Assembly (NCBI GenBank): GCA_051047955.1
Contig: JBPGPT010000027.1
Span: 183,268-203,267 of the forward strand
DNA: 20,000 nt
Direction: 5' to 3'
DNA from: Cystobasidiomycetes sp. EMM_F5
Lineage: Eukaryota
Shown piece by piece: positions 10,939 to 20,000 of the stretch (positions are counted from its first letter, which is position 1; each line of letters begins with the position of its first letter). The notes below the pieces were generated by a model. The model made no database searches. It was not told the origin of the DNA and was given only the letters and a program-made list of their open reading frames with translations. The position numbers were made by a program, and so were the translations under genes.

Positions 10939-12120
10939 CTATTGAAGATCGTAAAACAAAGTCGCGGTCGCGGTTGTTTGTGCAGCAATCTCGTCCTCAC
11001 TTTTGCCCGTGATTGCTGCGATACGATCTACTAGATGCAGCAGGCGTTCGGGCTAAAATGTCGTGCTTTAATTATGCGCTTGTGCACCTTCACATACTTT
11101 TGGCCTACCTTGAAATCGTTATTGCTATCTTTACTTAACGGTGCCAGTGGATGACCGGACTCGAGCATGAACTTGTCAAGGTCGTATGCCTCCAGTAGTT
11201 CTGATAATGTCGACCTATGTCTCTCAACAGCCAGCCATGCTGCAAATAGAAGGATGCGAGCGCAAAGCAGAAGCGTGATACAGTCGACACGTGAGCCCTT
11301 ACAGGCCTGTAGACTAGCTGAAGTTATGCGTACTAGGAAGGCCAAGGTATGAATTAGGAAGGGATATGAGACGCTTCATAAAGCGCATATTGGTGTTTGG
11401 GGTAAAATGTAACAATTTGCGGATATCGGGAAACTTGACGTATGTTGGTCTGAGTTGGTCAAGGTCGTCCTTGACCCGAAGAGTGATGGGCAGTTTAGCA
11501 ACTTCTGCTATTCTGACCTGCCTCTTGATGAAGGTCAACTGATGCTGCGTGTTTGTGATGAAGCGTTGCGAATAGCGAGATTTGCTTAGTTTGAGCTTGA
11601 GCCAACCTCGAGGATCTTGCGACTTGTCTGGCAGACGTTGAGGGAAAAGTTCTTCCACAGTGGGCATGTAGTGCAAACCGCAGTTGCCGATACCCTTGAC
11701 GACTTCTTTGTTCGAGGCGAGAAAAGTCCTGATTCTCTTCAACGGTTTCCCCATCTTCTTGATATCTGGGCACATCGGCGCGCCGTGAGTTTGAGAAGGT
11801 GTTGGGTGCAGTCCCAGAGTGCAGCGTAAAACAACTCCCGCGTCCTTGTAGTTTTGGCATGTCTGTATAGCGACTTCTGAGCTCTCGACGCTCCATGCGT
11901 TCATGACCCTGCCGGCGCAAGTCAGTCGCAACATCAGCGCAGTCAGTACAGACGCAGAGTCAGCCCATCTATCTTCAGTATCCGCATAATAAGAAGCCCT
12001 AATGTCAGCACATACAATATGCGATACTCCGACATTTCGATACTGCTCGAGCAAGGCAGTCAGCCTCACTGGGTCCACCTTGCCGGTCACTGCAGCTCCA
12101 GCATCGATGAGCCGTCGCAT
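10939..12120 (-). CDS. TatD-like (amidohydrolase TIM-barrel) protein with degenerate metal ligands
   Basis: Motifs in TatD order: LIDAG, LGLHP, GIGNCGLHY, RQVRIAEVAKLPI, LDKFMLESG, PERLLHLVDRIAAITGKSEDEIAAQTT...LFY. Predicted introns 11240..11333 and ~11053..11108; stop TAG at 10939..10941. Confidence 0.72.
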
Positions 12121-12203
12121 GTATTGCTTCTGGGTTGTCCAGAGCCAAGATGTGATTGAAATTGAAACAAACAGGTTGGCTTTTGACCATTTGAATTCAA
12201 GCT

Positions 12204-13656
12204 ATGTATGCTGCTCGTATGGCTGGTTCACTGGCGTCCACCGCGAGCTGCGCGAATGCTGGCTCGAGTTTGCGCGCAGTTCAGCGACTAGGATTGCTGA
12301 ATCGTCATTTGGATACATCCTTTCCATCAAGTCATAGACCGTCGTCCAGTTTATCAAACAGCTCTTCGTCGTCATCTTCCTCTTCCTCCTCTTCATCATC
12401 GAAATCTTCTACCGCAACTTCAGCGTCACCGTCAACTAACGCAACTTCTCCACGTTTCCGATTCCACGTCGCGGCGTCATTTCTAGGCAAACCTCCAGAA
12501 TACTCGGCAATGAATGGTTCTAGCGATTCAATCTCGTCAGAGCAGAACTATACGCATTCCTTGCCCAAATCATCAAAAATAAGGACTTGGGTTACCGACA
12601 CGAAAGCCAAACACGGACGTTTCACCATTGCACAACAACAAGAAGATGCGCACGGCTCAAAATCCAAGGCGTCCAAGCAAGGAAAGACCGCATCCGACAC
12701 GCCAGTAGAAGCCAAGAAGCAAGCTGGATCTGGCGACGACTTCTTCTTCTTACAAGAAAACAATGTTGAAGCGAATGGTCGCTTGCTTATCTGTGGAGTT
12801 GCGGATGGAGTCGGAGGATGGTCAGAATCTGGCGTGGATCCCAGCGCTTTTTCGCAAGCGTTGATGTTTTATGCCGATAAAGCTGCACAATCTGCATTGG
12901 TGTCAGAAAAACCATCGGATGCTTCGGATGCGAGCGAATGGACAGATGGCGATGAGACGTATCCTCACAACATACTACAAAAAGCATTCGATGATGTACA
13001 GAAGGATTCAGAGATCGAGGCTGGTGAGTCTCTTTTCGAATAGACTCCTAAAAACATAAGTGATTGAATGAGCATGAGACAGGGTCCTCAACAGCTTGTA
13101 TTCTTACGCTTGATCCGTACGACGGCAGTCTTCGAGCAGCCAACTTGGGCGACTCCGGGTTCCTAATTCACCGCAATAAGACCGTGATCCACCAACAACC
13201 CGCACAAACTCACGCCTTCAATACGCCCTTGCAGCTGAGCAAGCTGCCGCAATCTATGTTGAAGCAAGGCAACATCACTGATCTACCAGCTTCGGCCGAC
13301 TTGTTCACCTGCAAGCTCGAGAAAGACACTTGGGTTGTCTTATACACGGATGGCTTTTCCGATAACGTATTCCCTGCCGAGCTCATCGAGTTAATCAAGC
13401 GCGTAGAGGAGAAGAACGAAGACCCGGACGTCCAGTCCAAGCGTTTGGCAGATACACTCGTCTCTTATGCTCGCTTGTGCGGGGAAAAGACGGACAAGAA
13501 ATCGCCATTCGAGTTGGAAGCTCGTCGAAACGGACTGCTGTTTAAAGGCGGGAAGGTCAGTGCGCAGGGCTTCCACGTGTACTAGTCAGAATTCTGACCA
13601 GATCTTTGCAGCTTGACGACGTCTGCATGATTGTCATCAAAGTATGTGCAGCGTAA
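12204..13656 (+). CDS. PTC7: PP2C-family phosphatase, PTC7/AZR1 type, probably mitochondrial
   Basis: GDDFFF, GVADGVGGW, AGSSTAC, ANLGDSGF, QTHAFNTPLQL, TDGFSDN, GGKLDDV (after splicing). Basic, Ser-rich, acid-poor N-terminus. The exact C-terminus could involve one more intron. Confidence 0.9.
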
Positions 13657-13884
13657 GGCAATTCCGAAGAGTCACTACATAGGCGCTGGGCCGAAAACCG
13701 CCTATTTCCCCTTCTTTCACACTGTTGCAGACGTGCAAGATGGTCGCACATTGTCCCTCAGGCAGCATCTCAGTTGCATTGAAATTGCATTGGCAAGAGA
13801 GCACGACCTCTAAAATGGCACAACACACTCCGAAGATACCTCTACACCGCTCCGATCAGGCTCGTAGCTCATTGAAGCTACCTT

Positions 13885-16800
13885 CTACGACTTGGACTTG
13901 CGTGTGGTACCCTTGGTAGTAGCGGATTTGGTAGTAATAGACTTTCGCTTCTTGGCTGGCGGCGCAACCGAATCCTCGTCACTTATTCCATCGCCATTGC
14001 TTTCTCTTTTGACGGAGAGCGTTGAGCCTTGCCCGGCATCGCTTGCAGCGTCACCATCTTTCGCATTTGCACGTGAGGCTTTGCCTTTTCTCGCTGGATC
14101 TTTTCGAGCTTCTTCCGGAGCGTGTTCCTTCTGGATGAGGGAAATGAGAGTGATGCACCTCCTTCCAATCTCAATGGGTGTACGAGACTTGATAAACCAG
14201 TTGAATCTGAAATCAGGCCAGTCGAGCACTTCGCGCTTGATCCTGTCGTATACGTCATCGCTGCCCACACCGTGTCTTGCCAGGGCACAGACGATGAAGC
14301 GATCCTCCTCCTCGGAATACGTCTTTGGCCGTTGTTGAACAGGGTACTTGATTGTCAATTGTTGTAGGGGGTGAGGATACGAAGCGACAATATCCTTGAT
14401 AAGCTGCGTTAGGCGAACATTCTTTGCATGTTGCTTCTCGGCTTCGGTGATCTTGCTAACTTGCCGCTCCCAGTCTGGTTGTTGTACGTCAGCAAAGCAA
14501 GTCATGGATCAGTGTGCGACCCGTCCCTACCCTCAATCTCCTTGTAACGCTCCCAGAAGACATCCGAGTAGCGCTTGACATCCTCTACGCTCTTTGCGCA
14601 TTCGGCAGCAATGCCGTTGAGGTCCTCGCGACCGTATCTCTCGCAGCCTCGAATAAATGCCTGGAAGTCACGCTTGTGCCAATCGCCAAAGCCAGTATTC
14701 TGCAGTGATTGCTTCTCCGCTTGCTCTTCTTCGGTAAGCGGTTCAGCTGTAAACAAGATTGACAAGTTAGGCCACGCGAACAAGTAACGATAAGAGAGAC
14801 TGACCATTATCAATATCAGCTTGCTCCTCCACCCGCTCCGCTTCAAGCTCTTCGGCAGTCATAGTTTTGTCTATTCCCAAAGGCACCTGGAAGTCTTGTA
14901 GCTTCTTCTGGTAATTAAGCTCGAGTTCTTGCAGCTCGAGTAGTCGAGGATCGAAGAATTGCCAATCACCCCTATAACCAATACCCTCAGCGATGTCATT
15001 ACACATGCTCAAAAAGTGGAAAACACTCACACTTGACCTTTAAGCTTGAGCTTTGCAGGTCGACGGCGATGCACGACCGACGAATAGTCTACTCCGAAAT
15101 TGGCTTTGCGCTCACGTTTCGATGGTTCGAGGAAGAAGAGGGCCTTCTTGGGTGCCTTTCCAAACGTCTCACCCTCCCATTCCCTCGTTCCGGGCGCATC
15201 AGACTTGAAGTTGTGCAAGTCATCGAAACCGAGACTCGCATATTTTGCATTCAGCTCTGCCGTTTTAGATTCTCCACGTTTGATGACGTCGTCAATAGCA
15301 TCGTCTATATCCATGCTCTCTTTGGCAGTCATGATTCGCTGAGCACCGTGCTGAATCATTTCTACCAGATCGTCTTTGCCTGCAGCTTTGTTGACGTTTG
15401 TGCTGCGGCCTTGCTGGATAACGAGCTGATCGAGTCGCAGCTTCTGTGCGGCTCGTTCCAGCACCTTCTCCTCGACCGCGTCCTCGGTGATGAATCTGAA
15501 AACGTAGACTTGCTTCTTTTGACCGATACGATGTGCGCGATCCATTGCTTGCAGATCGGCCTGCGGATTCCAATCGCTGTCGTACAGTACGACAATATCA
15601 GCAGTAACGAGGTTGATACCGAGTCCACCAGCTCGTGTAGTGAGCAAGAAGATGAATTTCTCAGAGTTTGGCTTATTGTATTCGTCAATTGCGGCAATAC
15701 GATCTTCATGACTGGTTGAGCCGTCAATTCGGCAGTAGCCATACTCGCGCAGGAAGCAGTAATCCTATGGCGGATGAAGAATAAGTAGTCTGTCAATGTC
15801 GACTGAAATGCAGGAGAAAGCCAGCGTACCTCAAGAAGATCGAGAACTCTGCTCATTTGCGAAAAGATGAGCACGCGGGATCCCTTCTCCTTCATCGTTC
15901 TCAGCAGCTTATCAAGGACCTTCATCTTGCCTGCGTTATCGACGAGGTGTTCATCGGTGGTATACGGCGGTCCAGGTTCCGCGCCATCAAAGAGATAAGG
16001 ATGATTGCAGCACTTGCGGAGCTGCATGACGATGTTGAGAAGGCGAGTCTTGCCCTCCTTCTTGCCCACCATCCCGTTAACGGCATCGATGTCCTTCTCC
16101 AGCAGCGATCTGTACCACTTCCTCTGCATCTCCGTCATGCCGACGTAGAGATTGATCTCCTTCTTCGGCAGCAAGCTCTTTTCCACATCAATCTTGACGC
16201 GACGAAGCAGGAAAGGCCGTAAGACTTTATGAAGTTGCTTGACCACACCATCCTGATCTTCCTCCTTACTATCAAGTCCATTGCCTCCTTTGGATGCTTT
16301 TGGCTTCTTGTCTGGGTTCTCTGCCTCTTTATCCGCTTCATCAATCGTCTTTCCGCCAGTCCGCTCACCAAACCAGGCATCGAAATCACCAACATCCGAA
16401 AAGACATCCGGGAGAAGGAAGTTGAGGAGTGCCCATAGTTCGTGTAGGTTGTTTTGCAGCGGGGTACCAGTAATGAGCAGTCTTGCTCTCGATTCAAATA
16501 TGCGTACAATTTGCGAGAGGATCGAATTTACATTCTTGATTCGGTGAGCTTCGTCAATGATAATGTACTCCCACGACAACTTTTTTAGCGTCGACTTTTC
16601 CCGCTGACAGATTTCGTACGAAGTGATGCACACATCGAAATTCTGGGTGAGAATCACCTCCTGACATTGTGCGGCACGTTCCTGCTTGTCGCCGCGGAGT
16701 ATCATTGTGCGGAATCCGGGAACCCAGTGGGCAAATTCACGAGACCAGTTGTCTAGTGTCGACTTGGGAACAATCACAAGATGCGGACCTGGAATATCAC

Positions 16801-18733
16801 GATGAAATTTGAGGTAGCCTAGGAACGAGATGGTCTGTAGTGTCTTTCCGAGTCCCATCTCGTCTGCCAGGATTCCGTTGATGCCGTTGTGGTAGAGCGA
16901 GATCATCCAGTTCAAACCTTGTACCTGATAATCTCGCATTTGACCACCCTTGACGACTGTATGGAGAAATTCAATCCCACGCGGACGAATCAAATAGGCG
17001 GAGACAATCACATCAGCCTATACTGCAGCCGATACTGAGTATTAAAGCAACCCACAGGCTGGCGATTCAGTAAAGACAAAACTATCATCCTCGCCATTCT
17101 GGTTCTCGCTACCATCAGCAAGGAGTTCAGCATCTTCCTGCTTTTCACTCTTTCTGCCTCTATGCAGTGCCGCCTTCTTAGTCGCAGCAGCAGCAGCAGC
17201 ACTACTTGCCGCTTTCTTGTCACGTGCGGCTTCGCTGTCCTCAAGAAGCAATGCGAACTCTGGATCTCGCGATTTTTTGAGATTGATAAAGTGTTGAAAG
17301 AGATCGGTCTGCCCGAGGAGATACGAGAAACGCTTGATGGAATCGGCGGCCTGTCATTCCCAAAGGAGAAATAGCGTGCAAGGAAGAAGAGTTCGGTGGA
17401 CGGAAGCGACGCGAAGACAAGCATGGACGGGTAGACGGTAAGCGGAAATTGTTACGGCAAAATACACAAAAGACCGGGCCGTGCGTCAGTCCAGCTGCTC
17501 CACTCGGACGTGTGAGACAGGCGACTACCCACCTTCTTGTCATTCACACCCCGCCTTGCTGCAGAGAGCTGAGATTTCTGGGCTGCCCGTTTTTCCTGTC
17601 GATGACGCGCCGTGTTCCAAAGTAGTACATAATGACATGAATGGCACATCTTTGATCAGCCTACTCCACTCCTTGCAGGTGTTGTCAAACGTCTCACCTT
17701 TATACGGCGAGAGACAGGGCGTGTGATGCGTTGTATTACAGGTAGTTTCAATGACAAGGATGACGCGTGACGCATCTCCATCAGCCCACACCCACTCCCT
17801 CTTTACATCTCATGTCAAACCACCCCACCTTTTTAGCACTCCTCTTATTCTGATTCTCCAACCTCTCTTTCAGCTTTTCCTTTTGTCTCTCCGTCATCTT
17901 TTTCGGCGTCGTCTTTACTCCGGTACCCCCCTCGTCATCCAACGCAATCTCATCATCGTCGTCATCGTCTGACGAGTTGTCGGAGTTTGATGATGCTAAA
18001 TCCATCTCTAGCTCGTCCCTGTCGTCCTCGTCGGGAAGTGTCGATCTGGATAGTTTGGATGGTCCTGCTGGTTGGGGAGCTACAGAGGGCTGTTGGTGAG
18101 CGGGAGAATATGAGATGGAGAGGGAGGATGGGGGAGAAGCGTGTAAAGAAGGCAAAGAGAGCATGTCGGTGAGTGGGAGAAATAAGAGATGGACAGGGAG
18201 AGCGTGCAAGATGAGGGAGAAGTGAAGAACGGGGATTGCAGAGAGAAAGACGGATGAGAAAGAGAACGGGGGATTTTAGAGAGATAGAAGAAAGCAGGAC
18301 GGAGGATCCAGAGGAAGGGCGGACAAGAGAAAGAACCGATACAAAAGAGAAAGAAAGAACGGAGAAGAGCATTAGAAGACGGAAGAGAAAGGAGAGAGAG
18401 AAAGAAAGAAGGAGAGAAAAAACATTAGCACTCCTCATACCTCACTCCTCAGGACCTTCACTCCTCGGGACCTTCGGCCCCTTGATCGTTACGGCCTTCG
18501 TCGTTAGAACTCACCTGCCTCGACGTCGCCCTGCTATCATCCACGACGATATCACTGAGCGTGTCATAATCCCCATTACTGCTCCCTTGCGCAGATGGCA
18601 CCTGAAGCATGTTTGCAGACTGTCCAATATCTCGACGCGTAGATTGGAGTCAGAGTGGGCGTGTCGATGGTATGAACGAGTGCTCGCAGTCAGTGTGGGT
18701 GTATATACTCTCAAGAGCACCACTCACGCTCAT
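13885..18733 (-). CDS. ISWI: ISWI-family SNF2 chromatin-remodelling ATPase (Isw1/Isw2-like), multi-exon
   Basis: [49 protein letters not shown] region (YSEEEDRF...[11 protein letters not shown]) and N-terminal [13 protein letters not shown]. Proposed exons: 18728..18733, 18515..18601 (or ..18619), 17829..18089, 17533..17595, 17056..17350, 15830..16956, 15031..15764, 14805..14971, 14531..14746, 13885..14474. The 5'-most exons are less certain than the core. Confidence 0.93.
18424..18505 (-). repeat. Intronic GAGGAGTG-repeat element, copy in ISWI intron 18090..18514
   Basis: AACGACGAAGGCCGTAACGATCAAGGGGCCGAAGGTCCCGAGGAGTGAAGGTCCTGAGGAGTGAGGTATGAGGAGTGCTAAT; three GAGGAGTG units; aligns by eye with 19802..19899. 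Confidence 0.8.
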
Positions 18734-18952
18734 CGTGTCCTTCTTGACCGAGTTGTCGGGATGTAAAGGATGGAGGGCATGATTTACAATGGAATGCGAG
18801 AGATTCTAATCGCGGAATAGTAGTCGCAGTCGAGGCATTACAGAGTGCAATAAGAGTGATGCACCGTCTACAATACATTCCTAATCACTTCATTATCCCT
18901 CTGCCAATATTTTGTAATCTCCCTCTGCTCTGCTCCATCCATCCATTCAATC
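18734..18952. promoter_or_regulatory. Short divergent intergenic region, putative bidirectional promoter of ISWI and PAM17
   Basis: 219 nt between the predicted head-to-head start codons (18733 on -, 18953 on +). Positional inference only. Confidence 0.5.
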
Positions 18953-20000
18953 ATGTCCCGCCTGTCGATGCTCTCTCGCCAACTGAGCACAGCCAGTCCA
19001 TCCCCGACGATGCAGTGGGGGCAGTACTTTACCCTGAGGAGGTCGAGGAGGAGGTGGGCGACGCTGGCAGCTGTCCCGACGTCGGTGGGGGGTGTGGTGT
19101 TGGGAGGAGGTGAGTGAAGCGAAGGGCCGTAGGTCCTGAGCAGTGGAGTAATGGCATTCGAGTATTCTACGAGGGCGCAGTCCGAGTACTGTAGCTTGTT
19201 TGATATTCTTTGTGTTTATGCACCGTCCTCCGTGGACTGAGCGTAGTCATTTATGCTGACGGTGGATTACTCTGTGTGTGTTGGTGTTTGTATTCTGTAT
19301 TATGTATTCTTCTATCCTTCTCCTCCTCTATTCATTCTCTCTTCCTTCTTTCCCTTCTTTCCCTCCTTTATCCTCTTCCCTTCCCTACTTTCTCTCTTAC
19401 TCTTACCTTCTCTTCTTCTCTCTCCATCTCTTCCATCTCTCCCCACCTCTCCCTCATTACACCTCCCTCCCATCTTCAGGCTACTTTGCCAACCTCGAGA
19501 CATCCCCCGGCTCGCTCATTGCAGGATTTGACCCTCTGATAGTGTGTGAGTATGTTTTACTCAATCTACATACTCACCACTGACTGTTTCACAACAGACG
19601 GCGCAGCAATGGTAGCGTGCGTCGCAGGGGGGTGGTTGAGTGGGCCGATACTGGGGAATGCAGTGTGGAGGGCGACGCATAGGAGCGTGAGGAAGGAGAT
19701 GGAGAGGATGGATGCAGTCTTTTTGAGGCATATTAGAGAGAGGAGGGTCGATCCGAGTAGGCAGAGTGTGAATAACCCAGTGCCGGATTATTGTGAGCAG
19801 CACGACGAGGAGCCGTAACGACGAAGGGCCAAACGACCGAAGGGCCGGAGGCCCTGAGGAGTGACGGTACTGAGGAGTGGAGGGCCGAGGAGTGCTTACT
19901 TTGTTGTGTCTTTTTTCTTCTCCTCTTCTTCTTCTCTTCTTCTTCTCTTCTCTTCTCTTCTCTTCTCTTCTCTTCTCTTCTCTTCTCTTCTCTTCTCTTC
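18953..20000 (+). CDS. PAM17: Mitochondrial presequence translocase-associated motor subunit Pam17; 3' end outside the window
   Basis: Exons 18953..19109, 19480..19545 and 19598..19792 give MSRLSMLSRQLST...WGQYFTLRRSRRR...GFDPLIVYG...GWLSGPILGNAVW...FLRHIRERRVDPSRQSVNNPVPDY. The intron starting at 19793 runs off the window. Confidence 0.9.
19121..19146 (+). repeat. Partial, degenerate copy of the intronic element in PAM17 intron 1
   Basis: GAAGGGCCGTAGGTCCTGAGCAGTGG, starting 11 nt after the first base of the GTGAGT donor; resembles the AAGGG(G)CCGRAGGYCCYGAGGAGTG core of the other two copies. Confidence 0.6.
19802..19899 (+). repeat. Intronic GAGGAGTG-repeat element, copy in PAM17 intron 3
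   Basis: ACGACGAGGAGCCGTAACGACGAAGGGCCAAACGACCGAAGGGCCGGAGGCCCTGAGGAGTGACGGTACTGAGGAGTGGAGGGCCGAGGAGTGCTTAC; three GAGGAGTG units ending in a branch-site-like TGCTTAC. Confidence 0.8.
19941..20000 (+). repeat. (TCTTC)n microsatellite within PAM17 intron 3
   Basis: 12 perfect TCTTC units up to the window end, preceded by degenerate CT-rich sequence from ~19909. Confidence 0.97.

Noticed and set aside
12338..12450. TCN-rich low-complexity tract
   Set aside because: Encodes a poly-Ser linker in the PTC7 N-terminus; ordinary.
15033..15719. 228-aa plus-strand ORF and similar antisense ORFs
   Set aside because: Antisense shadow of the conserved ISWI coding sequence with no recognisable motifs.
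17350..17900. Chimeric assembly junction explaining the compositional shift
   Set aside because: ISWI exons join in phase across the zone and the change is gradual. Not formally excluded without reads.
18424..18505. Spaced short repeats as a CRISPR array or telomeric repeat
   Set aside because: Period is only ~14-16 nt with similar rather than unique spacers, the context is a eukaryotic intron, there are no cas genes, and it is not TTAGGG-like.
17962..18766. ORFs 17962..18438 (-) and 18236..18766 (+)
   Set aside because: Low-complexity translations of the intronic pyrimidine tract and its complement; open because the composition suppresses stop codons.
19210..19583. Overlapping L/S/F/P-rich ORFs
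   Set aside because: Products of the AG-free tract in PAM17 intron 1; only 19480..19545 is a real exon.
19850..19895. CTGAGGAG resembles the hammerhead ribozyme CUGANGA core (also at ~18445 on the minus strand)
   Set aside because: No GAAA after a stem II and no stem I/III pairing is evident.

Overview
Compact, intron-rich fungal DNA, basidiomycete-like (inferred from gene density, mostly ~52-75 nt introns with CTRAY branch sites, and gene content). Ten protein-coding genes were reconstructed by hand: two tandem paralogous MFS transporters (-, one running off the left edge), a secreted HExxH zincin-like protein (+), a TxNG-repeat hypothetical protein (-), COG5 (+), a GIR2/RWD protein (+), a degenerate TatD-fold protein (-), a PTC7-type PP2C (+), an ISWI chromatin remodeller (-) and PAM17 (+, running off the right edge). 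The interesting signal is the splicing architecture. (1) The complete MFS gene needs a U2-looking AT-AC intron (ATAAGT...GCTAAC...TTTAC) and also has a GC-AG intron. (2) From ~16.9 kb onward introns grow to 99-425 nt, almost entirely through AG-free pyrimidine-rich tracts between branch site and acceptor. (3) One ISWI intron looks like two abutting introns joined at AAG|GTGAGA, a candidate zero-length exon or recursive splice site. (4) Long introns of the unrelated ISWI and PAM17 genes share a ~80-100 nt GAGGAGTG-repeat element between donor and branch site. All splice models are predictions from sequence alone, without transcript data.
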